64,000 bases of DNA from Eledone cirrhosa. Its lineage: Eukaryota. Positions 1 to 11,858 of the stretch are shown here, in pieces. The notes under the pieces were generated by a model. The model was not told the DNA's origin. It made no database searches and saw only the letters and a program-made list of their open reading frames with translations. Position 1 is the stretch's first letter. Each line of letters begins with the position of its first letter. Both the position numbers and the translations under genes were made by a program. The stretch is from NCBI GenBank assembly GCA_964016885.1, contig OZ024744.1:103974001-104038000 (forward strand), given 5' to 3'.

Positions 1-87
1 TTGCTGTTATTATTATTATTATTGTTATTAATGTATGTGTGTGTGGATATGTGTGTGTGAGTGTGTGTGTATATATATGTATGTATG

Positions 88-151
<64 letters not shown>

Positions 152-169
152 ATTTTTTTATTTTATTTT

Positions 170-202
<33 letters not shown>

Positions 203-252
203 TTTTTTTTCTTTCTCCTCGTCCAATGGCCATACTCGATAACGAAGGGGCA

Positions 253-303
<51 letters not shown>

Positions 304-560
304 TACACACACACACATACATATACACACATATATATCTATACACACATATACAAATATACACACATACATAAATATACACATATATTTATACAAACAT
401 ATATAAATATACACACATATATATTTATACACACATACATATATATATATACACATACACACACATACATATATATATATACACACACATACACACAAAT
501 ACACACATATATATCTATACACACACATATATAAATACACATACACATACATACACACAT
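1..560. repeat. Compound microsatellites (TTA)n, (TG)n, (TA)n, (CA/TA)n
   Basis: Direct inspection. Confidence 0.95.
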
Positions 561-1239
561 GGTGGCTGCCAACTCGTTTTCGAGTACGGCCACTACTTTA
601 TATCCATGTAGGAGAACCCCTAGCGATGCGCTGAACGAGTGTGACTTTTTAGTCCAGCCAGCGACTTGAACACTCTGGTACAAACACTACACTTGTGACA
701 ATTATTGACACATAGTGCTGGGCCCTTGGTACCATGTGATGACAAGTGCAAAGAGATCTCCAGATATAAAGCAATGCTTGTGCCGTGAAGCTTTTATAGT
801 GAGCAAAGACACTGCACAAAGCCAGCCGCACTCTCTTAACCAAGATGATATTTACCAAAAAGAAGAACAAGTCAACATCATTGGATACCATCAGGGTTGC
901 AGGTGTTATATCAGAGTTTTCCTTCTCCTAGAATTCTGCCTTGACAAAGGCTAAGGGGTCATCTCTCCCGGTGATTTTGGATGGCCATTGACTCTTAAGA
1001 GCTCCTTTGCCCTTTGACAGGTTTTGTTTTTAGTCCTGCAGGATGTCCAAAGTCACCCTCCTCACCAAGAAACCTTGGTGGGGTTGCCAGTTTAGTCGCC
1101 AACGACCCGACCATGAGACAGGTTGTACTGGGATACATGTTACCAGTAGCACCAACTGGTGACCTGACATACATACATATATATATATAAATATATATAT
1201 ACATATAAATGAAAGGTATAGAAAATATATATATATATA

Positions 1240-1341
1240 CAATTGCTTCCCCGGTGAACAGCTCGAGGAGCGATCTGTGTGTGGATCGACCTGACTCTTG
1301 AATCGCAGGTTCCTCAGACACGTCTATTGATTTCGGAGCAG

Positions 1342-1400
<59 letters not shown>

Positions 1401-1715
1401 CGAAGGAAATGTGGTAAGGAACCAGATGGACCATAACGCACCAAAGTACTCAATACTTAGGGTAGTAGAGTGGGTAATAGGTACAAGTAGGACCCCGACG
1501 GCTGAGGACAAGCCGTTTCGACGGCTAATTCTGGAATTAGCCGTCGAAACGACTTGAGATGTTAAATGGTTAAGAATAAATCTTAACCATTTAACATCTC
1601 AGGGTATGTCATGTATCATTATATTTTGTCTGATGAGGACGTACTGTTGTACATCCGAAATATGTATAATAAAATGTAATTGATCAAAAGAATATCTATT
1701 TTATTAATACTTATA

Positions 1716-1785
<70 letters not shown>

Positions 1786-1890
1786 CTGCTCCGAAATCAA
1801 TAGACGTGTCTGAGGAACCTGCGATTCCAGAGTCAGGTCGATCCACACACACAGATCGCTCCTCAAGCTGTCGCCGCCGGGGAAATAATT
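1240..1890. mobile_element. Inverted-repeat module: ~105-bp arms facing inward onto (TA)n tracts, enclosing palindromes and a hammerhead
   Basis: 1240-1345 (…gaggagcgatctgtgtgtggatcgacctgactc…gatttcggagcagattat) is the reverse complement of 1781-1890 with few mismatches. Confidence 0.7.
1618..1680 (+). ncRNA. Type I hammerhead ribozyme motif
   Basis: Stem I attatattttgt/ataaaatgtaat; CTGATGA at 1630-1636; stem II ggacgtac/gtacatcc; GAAA at 1657-1660; self-complementary stem III atatgtat; AUA cleavage triplet. Confidence 0.8.
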
Positions 1891-2060
1891 GTAATACGCA
1901 ATAAATTGAGTTCTGATGCATCATTGATTTTTCGTTTTCCATTCTATATATATTGATAAATATGGTGGGTCCATCAACTCCTTATATATATATATATAGC
2001 TTCCAACAGAAATGGTCGCATTCTTTAAGGGTATGTCACTATTTATTTATAAAACTGATC

Positions 2061-2138
2061 TATATTATATTTTATCTGATGAAAGCGCACCATAATTTGA
2101 CTTGGTGTCCTTGAAATATGTATAATGAAATAAATATG
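2061..2138 (+). ncRNA. Type I hammerhead ribozyme motif (second copy)
   Basis: Stem I tattttat/atgaaata; CTGATGA at 2076-2082; stem II aagcgcacca/tggtgtcctt; GAAA at 2113-2116; stem III atatgtat; AUA. Shares the upstream motif agggtatgtca with the first copy. Confidence 0.75.
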
Positions 2139-2283
2139 GTTTTATAAATATAGTTTCCATTTGTTAATATATCGTATATTTACTCCAATAAATTGTTGAG
2201 TGCTTTATATCAGTTATAAAAATATTTGCTTTTTGTATCCCAACAATTTAAATATAACTTCCACATATATATATATATATATA

Positions 2284-2968
2284 TATAAATGAAAAGTATA
2301 GAAATTGTTGTAGCGAGAAGCTAACAGTATTCCATAACAGTATTCTATAACAGTATTCCATTATTGGCAGTATCGGTAGAGGGTCGGACGCCATGCTTTC
2401 CAGCATAGTTACGTCCTTATGGGGTCGATAAAATAAAGTACCAGTAATGCACTGAGTATGTTGCTGGCCTTGTGTTTAAAGTAGAAACAATTATTCCATA
2501 ACAGTATTCCATAACATTATTCCATAACATTCCTACCTACCTATATATATATATATATAAACTAGCCAGTTTTAGAATTCCCTTTTTCGGATTATAATAC
2601 TGTGAGAGCCCTGGTTTTCGGCTGAGCTCTGCTGATGAATGAAATCCAACCGTGACCATCTCCACTGAAAGTTTTCATGAAATAGTCTTTTAAGACTATA
2701 CAGAGCATTTGATGTTATTTCAAATTGAAGGATAAGTGTTTTGAACTTTATTTTATCATGAGTTAAAGGTCTATTGATTTTTCCCTGGATTGCACTAAAT
2801 TCTGTGGATGAATTTGTATCCTGATTCTCTTTTGAGATGAGTTTAAATTATTTTTCCTAAATCTTACGTTAACTACTTTTCCCATCTTGACGCTATAGTC
2901 GTATATATGTTATAGAATGCTGTTAGCTTCTCGCTAAAACAATCTCTATACCTCTCATTTATATATAA
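2284..2968. mobile_element. MITE-like element with ~60-bp terminal inverted repeats, in (TA)n
   Basis: tataaatgaaaagtatagaaattgttgtagcgagaagctaacag (2284) is inverted relative to ctgttagcttctcgctaaaacaatctctatacctctcatttata (~2920-2968). A third partial copy lies at ~1205. Confidence 0.55.
2364..2492 (+). mobile_element. tRNA-derived SINE family A, internally deleted copy
   Basis: ttggcagtatcggtagagggtcggacgccatgc...ggggtcgataaaataaagtaccag...aaagtagaaacaatt matches the other family A copies. Confidence 0.8.
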
Positions 2969-3498
2969 TATATATATAGGTAGGTAGGATGCTTGAAAAC
3001 GGAGAGAAGCGACTTACGTAGGCTCACACTTGAATGATATTATATAGATACACTATGCGTGTTTGTGTGTGTGCGTGCACACGTGTGTGTATATGTGTGC
3101 GTACGTGTGCATATGTGCGTGTGTATATATGTGTGTGTATGTGTACATGTGCGTGTGTGTTTGTAAGAAAGACTAGTAACTGGCTGAATTATTGCTGATG
3201 TAGGATAGGGGATGAAATAGTGAGTGTGTGAGAGGAAGAGAGAAATATAGTAAGTGAGGGTGAACGAAAGAGAGAGAAATAGAAGGTGAATAAGGGAGAA
3301 GGAGAGTGTGAGTGAGAGAGTGAGAGAAGAAGAAGAAGGAGGAGGAGGAAGAGAACGTTAATATGAGTCAGTGTGTGTCTGATAATTTTCGTTACATGTG
3401 TTTATTGGTAAACCTGTGACTGTTTGAACAAGTATAAATAATATAGCTTTTAAATGTTAGTCTTAAACACACTCACATATATATACGTTTTAAATTGT

Positions 3499-6400
3499 AA
3501 ATATAAACTACATCTCAACTCTTAAGCATGTTTCTCCACATCCCACACACAAAAATACCCAACGTTCTAAGATTGTTCACTTTTACAATAAATTCAAGCT
3601 TGAAATATAAACTACATCTCAACTCTTAAGCATGTTTCTCCACATCCCACACACAAAAATACTCAACGTTCTAAGATTGTTCACTTTTACAATAAATTCA
3701 AGCTTGAAATATAAACTACATCTCAACTCTTAAGCATGTTTCTCCACATCCCACACACAAAAATACTCAACGTTCTAAGATTGTTCACTTTTACAATAAA
3801 TTCAAGCTTGAAATATAAACTACATCTCAACTCTTAAGCATGTTTCTCCACATCCCACACACAAAAATACTCAACGTTCTAAGATTGTTCACTTTTACAA
3901 TAAATTCAAGCTTGAAATATAAACTACATCTCAACTCTTAAGCATGTTTCTCCACATCCCACACACAAAAATACTCAACGTTCTAAGATTGTTCACTTTT
4001 ACAATAAATTCAAGCTTGAAATATAAACTACATCTCAACTCTTAAGCATGTTTCTCCACATCCCACACACAAAAATACTCAACGTTCTAAGATTGTTCAC
4101 TTTTACAATAAATTCAAGCTTGAAATATAAACTACATCTCAACTCTTAAGCATGTTTCTCCACATCCCACACACAAAAATACTCAACGTTCTAAGACTGT
4201 TCACTTTTACAATAAATTCAAGCTTGAAATATAAACTACATCTCAACTCTTAAGCATGTTTCTCCACATCCCACACACAAAAATACCCAACGTTCTAAGA
4301 TTGTTCACTTTTACAATAAATTCAAGCTTGAAATATAAACTACATCTCAACTCTTAAGCATGTTTCTCCACATCCCACACACAAAAATACTCAACGTTCT
4401 AAGATTGTTCACTTTTACAATAAATTCAAGCTTGAAATATAAACTACATCTCAACTCTTAAGCATGTTTCTCCACATCCCACACACAAAAATACTCAACG
4501 TTCTAAGATTGTTCACTTTTACAATAAATTCAAGCTTGAAATATAAACTACATCTCAACTCTTAAGCATGTTTCTCCACATCCCACACACAAAAATACCC
4601 AACGTTCTAAGATTGTTCACTTTTACAATAAATTCAAGCTTGAAATATAAACTACATCTCAACTCTTAAGCATGTTTCTCCACATCCCACACACAAAAAT
4701 ACCCAACGTTCTAAGATTGTTCACTTTTACAATAAATTCAAGCTTGAAATATAAACTACATCTCAACTCTTAAGCATGTTTCTCCACATCCCACACACAA
4801 AAATACCCAACGTTCTAAGATTGTTCACTTTTACAATAAAGTCAAGCTTGAAATATAAACTACATCTCAACTCTTAAGCATGTTTCTCCACATCCCACAC
4901 ACAAAAATACCCAACGTTCTAAGATTGTTCACTTTTACAATAAATTCAAGCTTGAAATATAAACTACATCTCAACTCTTAAGCATGTTTCTCCACATCCC
5001 ACACACAAAAATACTCAACGTTCTAAGATTGTTCACTTTTACAATAAATTCAAGCTTGAAATATAAACTACATCTCAACTCTTAAGCATGTTTCTCCACA
5101 TCCCACACACAAAAATACCCAACGTTCTAAGATTGTTCACTTTTACAATAAATTCAAGCTTGAAATATAAACTACATCTCAACTCTTAAGCATGTTTCTC
5201 CACATCCCACACACAAAAATACCCAACGTTCTAAGATTGTTCACTTTTACAATAAATTCAAGCTTGAAATATAAACTACATCTCAACTCTTAAGCATGTT
5301 TCTCCACATCCCACACACAAAAATACTCAACGTTCTAAGATTGTTCACTTTTACAATAAATTCAAGCTTGAAATATAAACTACATCTCAACTCTTAAGCA
5401 TGTTTCTCCACATCCCACACACAAAAATACTCAACGTTCTAAGATTGTTCACTTTTACAATAAATTCAAGCTTGAAATATAAACTACATCTCAACTCTTA
5501 AGCATGTTTCTCCACATCCCACACACAAAAATACCCAACGTTCTAAGATTGTTCACTTTTACAATAAATTCAAGCTTGAAATATAAACTACATCTCAACT
5601 CTTAAGCATGTTTCTCCACATCCCACACACAAAAATACCCAACGTTCTAAGATTGTTCACTTTTACAATAAATTCAAGCTTGAAATATAAACTACATCTC
5701 AACTCTTAAGCATGTTTCTCCACATCCCACACACAAAAATACCCAACGTTCTAAGATTGTTCACTTTTACAATAAATTCAAGCTTGAAATATAAACTACA
5801 TCTCAACTCTTAAGCATGTTTCTCCACATCCCACACACAAAAATACTCAACGTTCTAAGATTGTTCACTTTTACAATAAATTCAAGCTTGAAATATAAAC
5901 TACATCTCAACTCTTAAGCATGTTTCTCCACATCCCACACACAAAAATACCCAACGTTCTAAGATTGTTCACTTTTACAATAAATTCAAGCTTGAAATAT
6001 AAACTACATCTCAACTCTTAAGCATGTTTCTCCACATCCCACACACAAAAATACCCAACGTTCTAAGATTGTTCACTTTTACAATAAATTCAAGCTTGAA
6101 ATATAAACTACATCTCAACTCTTAAGCATGTTTCTCCACATCCCACACACAAAAATACCCAACGTTCTAAGATTGTTCACTTTTACAATAAATTCAAGCT
6201 TGAAATATAAACTACATCTCAACTCTTAAGCATGTTTCTCCACATCCCACACACAAAAATACTCAACGTTCTAAGATTGTTCACTTTTACAATAAATTCA
6301 AGCTTGAAATATAAACTACATCTCAACTCTTAAGCATGTTTCTCCACATCCCACACACAAAAATACCCAACGTTCTAAGATTGTTCACTTTTACAATAAA

Positions 6401-6828
6401 TTCAAGCTTGAAATATAAACTACATCTCAACTCTTAAGCATGTTTCTCCACATCCCACACACAAAAATACCCAACGTTCTAAGATTGTTCACTTTTACAA
6501 TAAATTCAAGCTTGAAATATAAACTACATCTCAACTCTTAAGCATGTTTCTCCACATCCCACACACAAAAATACCCAACGTTCTAAGATTGTTCACTTTT
6601 ACAATAAATTCAAGCTTGAAATATAAACTACATCTCAACTCTTAAGCATGTTTCTCCACATCCCACACACAAAAATACTCAACGTTCTAAGATTGTTCAC
6701 TTTTACAATAAATTCAAGCTTGAAATATAAACTACATCTCAACTCTTAAGCATGTTTCTCCACATCCCACACACAAAAATACTCAACGTTCTAAGATTGT
6801 TCACTTTTACAATAAATACAAGCTTGAA
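3499..6828. repeat. 104-bp satellite, ~32 nearly identical copies
   Basis: tgaaatataa recurs at 3601, 3705 ... 4121. One HindIII site per unit. The main variant is aatacCc versus aatacTc. Confidence 0.98.
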
Positions 6829-6876
6829 CTTTTCCTGAATGGCTGGTTGTGGGAAGACACGGCTACTTTCTCAATA

Positions 6877-7055
6877 TAATTGTTTCTACTTTAGGCACAA
6901 GGCCAGCAATTACCCAGTGCATTACTGGTACTTTATTTTATAGACCCCGTAAGGATGAAAGGCAATGTCAACCTCAACGAGATTTGAACTCAGACCGTAA
7001 AGGGACGTAACTATGCTGGAAAGCATGGCGTCCGACCCTCTACCGATACTGCCAA
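6877..7055 (-). mobile_element. SINE family A
   Basis: Reverse complement of the 7165-7348 and 27870-28062 copies. Confidence 0.85.
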
Positions 7056-7164
7056 TAATGACAGTAGTAAGATTTGAACTGAAGGGGAAAATTCGGTTTG
7101 ATATTTCAAACAAATTTTAAAGAAAACAGATTTCAGTGGGTATATTAACGACAGTACGGTATTT

Positions 7165-7348
7165 GGATTGTCAGTATCCGGTAGAGAGTAAGACGCCATG
7201 CTTTGCGACAGAGTTACGGCCCTTTACGTTCTGAGTTCAAATCCCGCCGAGGTTAGCTTTGCCTTTCATCCTTTCGGGGTCGATAAAATAAAGTACCGGT
7301 AATGTACTGGGGTTATTGCTCGCCTTGTGCCTAAAGTAGAAACAATTA
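7165..7348 (+). mobile_element. SINE family A
   Basis: B-box-like gagttcaaatccc. The central gcctttcatcctttcggggtcgataaaataaagtacc resembles a conserved SINE central domain (Meta-domain-like, from recall). Confidence 0.85.
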
Positions 7349-7532
7349 TTATAGAAGTACATCCCACTCAATTTCAGTGGGAAAACATTTTTTTCATCGA
7401 TTTTTTAAAATTTTATTATTATTTTTTTTTTCTGTGTTATCGGCGCCATACCAAGCCTTTTTCGGTCGCAGCATTTAACAGCTGAAGAAACAGGATTGAC
7501 ATGCACAGTCGAGTTAGAAGTGGTATCATGAC

Positions 7533-7670
7533 CAGGGCCGTCTTAACAGCATTATAGGCCCCCCGGGCAAAGCAGAGCACTGGGGCCCCTACCTACACAA
7601 CCACTCACAGAAATAAAAATACAAATGGGCCTTCGGGCAACTGCCCAGCGTGCCCATGCGTTAAGACTGG
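7533..7670. mobile_element. Short MITE inserted in the RTE LINE
   Basis: Ends cagggccgtcttaac ... gttaagac (partial TIR), with atgac on both flanks; GC-rich relative to its surroundings. Confidence 0.6.
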
Positions 7671-7955
7671 TGATGACTGGTGAGTGTAAAATCAGTTGAC
7701 TGGAATTTGCAGATGACATGGTATTACTTAACTCAAAAGAAGTTGATCTCTGACTTGCAGTCGATAGGTTTGATGCCGAGTGTTGCATGGCTCGAATGAA
7801 AATCAGTGCTGCAAATACTCAGACACTTGTCCTCTCAAGAAAGCTAGTGCAGTGCACACTACATGTGAATGGAGTTCCACTGAAGCAGGTAGAGAAGTCC
7901 AAGTATCTCAGGGCTGTGTTCACGAGTGATGGAAGGCAGGGGGCTGAATTAAGTG

Positions 7956-9513
7956 TTTAGCAGTTAATATATATTATTGTTAGTAGCGCCACGAGTAACC
8001 AGTTCGGTAGAAAGATGTGGTAAGAACATCGACGACTTTGGTTTGTTTTACATTATTTATTATCAAGGTTGAGCTGAGTAGAGCAGGCATGCCAAGAGTA
8101 ATAAAACAAACGAATTAAGAATATCAGAAGACACGGTCCACTGGCTGAAGTGTTGCCAGGCCGTGGTTAAGCTGTGTTACATATTGGCAAGTGATTTCAC
8201 GACGAAAGAAAGTTAGTTGTTTACCTTTTTACAGTCAGGATGCAAGAGAGAGATTTCTCGAATCGACGCGGGAATTTTTCCCTCAGGGCGCGTAGAGATA
8301 CATTCTCCTTCGCTGGCGGTCATTGGCTGGGCTGAGCCAAATAACGCACGGAGAATGTATGTGAGCCCGCAGAATGTAGGTCACTAGAATACCCCCCTCC
8401 TAGACGTAAGACGATAAATATTTTTGAATCAGCAGGAAAAGATGCCGAAAGAGCACATCAATGAAAAAAATTGAACAAAAGAATGCATGCAAGAAGAAAA
8501 ATGAGGCGCTAAGGGCCGTGTTGAGCCGCTGTGTCAAATAACTAGCTGCTTTGCTATATATACGTGACCACCAAGGGTCTAACAGAAAACAGATAAAGTC
8601 TGACATGGGCGAAGTTGCTGTTCTTGCATTAAATGTTAATGGTAAGTGCTGTACCAGTAGTTGTGGGTGAAGCTGTTATGGTAGTTTACCAGTGCTGGCA
8701 AAAAGATGATGGGTAGGCGAGAAAATGTCGGCCTCCCAGATGTATTGCCGAAAGTGCTAGGCAGCCAGGAAAAAATGGCTGGTTGCTTTGAAAAGAAAAA
8801 AGCAAGTTGAATCTGTAGGTGGGTAGTAGTTGAAATCTAAATTCCATAATTCTGGCGAATCCATAGAAATGGTGGAAATGTTGACAGGTCCAGTTCCATT
8901 TGTTGTTTTCCCAGTGAGTCGGGTAAAGTAACAAGATGGCGGATGTTATGGACGATGGGTGTGCAACGAGATGCGAAACTGTTTGAATCCAGCTGCAATT
9001 AGCATTCTCGTGTTGCGGTGCTGGTGAATTAAGCTGCAAAGAGTCGATAGCATGTTTTGGTACCTCCACAAGGTGAGAAGGGATCTCGCAGAATATTACG
9101 ACGTTTGAATATCATATACCAAGGACAACAACATGTTGGTGTGTGTCAAAGAAATGTGTGTGCATATGCAGGTATGTAAACAGCAAAGAAAATGTGTGTG
9201 TGCAGTCATATATACAATGATAAAAAAAAAATGAATTAAGAATATTAGAATTGGCAGGTCCACTGGCTGAAGTGTTGCCAGGCCGTGGTTAAGTTGTTGT
9301 GTTACATATTGGCTAGTGATTTCACGACGAAAGAAAGTTAGTTGTTTACCTTTTTACAGTCAGGATGCAAGAGAGAGATTTCTCGAATCGACGCGGGAAT
9401 TTTTCCCCCAGGGAGCGTAGAGATACATTCTCCTTCGCTGGCGGTCATTGGCTGGGCTGAGACAAATAACGCACGGAGAATGCATGTGATCCCGCGGAAT
9501 GTAGATCACTACA
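7956..9513 (-). mobile_element. Non-autonomous or deleted LTR-retrotransposon-like insertion
   Basis: ~275-bp direct repeats at 8112-8388 and 9232-9513 (the right one ends cactaCA). A polypurine tract on the - strand (acccccctcc, 8391-8400) abuts the left repeat. TSD agtg at 7952-7955 and 9514-9517; removing the insertion restores the RTE frame. Confidence 0.7.
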
Positions 9514-9990
9514 AGTGCAACAATTGCAGGAACTGGTGCAATAATGAACCAGCTTCAGTATTCAGTAATCAGAAGAAGGGAGGTAGGTGTAAAAGCCAAA
9601 CTCGCTATCTTCAATTTAGTCACAAATCGTGGGTAATGACCGAAAGAATATGATCGCGAATACAAGCGGCCAAATTGGTATTCCGCCGAAGGGTCTTTGG
9701 AGTAACATTACTCAATAGAATATGTAGCTCGGAGATCAGAGAGTTACTCCAGGTAGAGCCGCTACTTCTCTGCATTGAGAGATCACAGCTTCGATACAAT
9801 GGGCATGTGGTTAGAATGTCTCAGAAAAGAATCGCTGGACAGATTTTATGGGTAAAAACCAACAGGTAGAAGACCCAGGGGTTAGACCCCTAGCAAGATG
9901 GTTGGATAATATCCATGAGTTTGGCTGGTCACGCTTGAGGATCCAGCCATATCAGTTGGAGACGGTTGCTTCTGACAGGACCCGCTGGAA

Positions 9991-10480
9991 GGAGTTTTCC
10001 CTACGAGATTTTGGTCTTTTTCTCCTGTTATCAAGAATATGACTTCCAAACCAGCCGGAACCAACTAGATTTGTAGAAAAGGTAGGGTGAAAGGAGCTGA
10101 AAAGACCATCGGAGTTTCACGGATCTACATACTTCTCGCGTTTGGTCGGAAATAATTATCTTTCCTCGATTTTTTTCTGGGCCTCTTAGATGCTTGCAAT
10201 CCACTTTTTTTTACCCGGATTAGGCTTAGGGTTTCCGTTTTCCAAGGAAGAAAGCCGATTGCAAGTATCTAAGAGGTCCAGAAAAAACAAGGAAAGATAA
10301 TTATTTCCCACCAAACCCGAGAGATGTGTAGATCTGTGAAACTCCGATGGTCTTTTCGCACCCTTCACCTTACTTTTTCTACAAATCTAGTCGGTTCCAA
10401 CTGGTTTGAATGTCCTACTCGTTGATAACACGCGATCGCCCCCCCCCCCCCCCCCAAAAAAAAGTCGTAGGGAAAACTCC
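9991..10480. repeat. Long imperfect hairpin
   Basis: 10041-10200 pairs with 10257-10415; an outer arm ggagttttccctacga (9991) pairs with tcgtagggaaaactcc (10465). Confidence 0.85.
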
Positions 10481-11085
10481 GAGGAGGAGAGGACCCTACC
10501 CCTTCCATTTTCCGGGGGGAAAAGTCGATTGCTAGAATCTTGAGGGTTAGATTAGTTGGTAGCACTGTTTCACACTGAAATCGAGTGGGGTGCTCTATAA
10601 ATTTATCGACAGTATAACTCATGTGTAGACCGCCGGCAGAATGGAGAAAACGTTGTCCTAGAGGATGGTGAGGGAGACACGTTGGAACACCCACTCCAGC
10701 TCGAGGGGCTCACCCATTCGGGTAGCCAACCATAAACCTTTAACGAAGGGTTAAAAGTGAAAAGTTAGATGGTTATATGTAGTTATTAGAAATGATATGT
10801 TAATAACAAAGTTGTTAGAGGAAATAACATGAATAATAAGAATAGGTGTAAATGTAATAACGAGAATATAAAGAATAAATGATTTTAGTTTATAGTTGGT
10901 TTACTTCACGTGAATCAATTAAAAAGTACATATAAAACAGTTACCAAGAGTTGTTAATGTTGTTATTGTTGCTGATGTGAGGCTGTTGTAGTCTGTTGTT
11001 GTTGTTGGTGTGAAAACAGCGAGCGACAGATAATTGTTGTTGTTGGAATTTGGAGTCCGTTGTAGTAGTTGTGAGACCGTAGTTA

Positions 11086-11132
<47 letters not shown>

Positions 11133-11544
11133 TTTGTATATCTCTGAATGGTCTGTAATTGGTTGTAGACCACTCTGGCTTGTACGTGGTCTGTAGTAGT
11201 AGGGCTCCTATCTCTGTGTGTGTATCTGTAGACTTCATGGGGTCTGTTGATAGTGGTGAATCCTTATATAGTTAGTTGCTAGCGTAATGCTCCGATGTCT
11301 CTGGCTTTTCTGTAGACCTCTGGGGTCTGAAGTTAGCGGTTAATCTTTACATAGTTAGTTGTGTATCCTATCGCTCCGATGTCTCTGTGTGTAAAGTGGG
11401 AAAATATAGGCTTTATATATATCGCTTCCTGTCTCCCCACCATGAGGGGATAGCCAACGCATCAACCTGTCTACACCAAAAGGGTGTTGATCTAGAATTT
11501 AACCTTTAGGTATCACCCAAAGTTCAAGGCGCGGACAGATTTCG

Positions 11545-11790
11545 CTACAAACCTATCAGAGAGCGACTGATACTTCGATAGTTCGCCCTCTTCGGCCTGG
11601 CGAGTAGCGAAGCTTGGGTTAGTCGCCGAATGCACCAGGTTGCCGCCGAAGAAGCATCCCAGATGTGGGTCCTGCAACTGCAGAACGGGAAGATATACCA
11701 TCTGGCCTTTTACTGTCTCCTCAGTCCAGCGCCGAATGGAAGCCCACAGCATCCAAACCATGCTTTGTGATCTCGTTGAAATCAAACATG
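11545..11790 (-). pseudogene. Fragment of a restriction-like endonuclease domain from a CRE-like non-LTR retrotransposon
   Basis: Across frameshifts reads RPDGI..FPF....IWDA...NPSFATRQAEEGELSKYQSLSDRF, matching the RPDG...WD...AE..K..KY RLE signature. Confidence 0.65.
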
Positions 11791-11858
11791 GCGTGGGAAG
11801 CTGATAACAAACGTATTATGCTAGAATAAAATAAACAAATGAAGCAGTTGGTCTATAC

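Larger units (their letters stand above)
7487..9990 (+). pseudogene. Decayed RTE-clade LINE (RT C-terminal region), interrupted by two insertions
   Basis: LEFADDMVL...KIS...LKQVEKSKYL..VFTSDGRQ (7680-7955) resumes in frame at 9514 with ...IMNQLQYSVIRRRE...SWVMTER...EPLLLCIERSQLRYNGHVVRM...RWLDNI. Contains stops and frameshifts. Confidence 0.85.

Noticed and set aside
1497-1556. Hammerhead at ctgagga...gtcgaaac
   Set aside because: The GAAA is buried inside the palindrome and no stem I partner is evident.
1786-1860. Hammerhead in the inverted arm (CTGAGGA-acctg/caggt)
   Set aside because: Stem II is followed by CGAT rather than GAAA and there is no stem III or NUH, so the core is incomplete.
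35-1942. YIYIYI/VCVC ORFs
   Set aside because: Dinucleotide microsatellite translations.
2632-2645. ctgatgaatgaaa
   Set aside because: No stem II between the core motifs.
8686-9069. Integrase fragment inside the LTR-like element
   Set aside because: No convincing HHCC or DDE motifs in any frame by eye.
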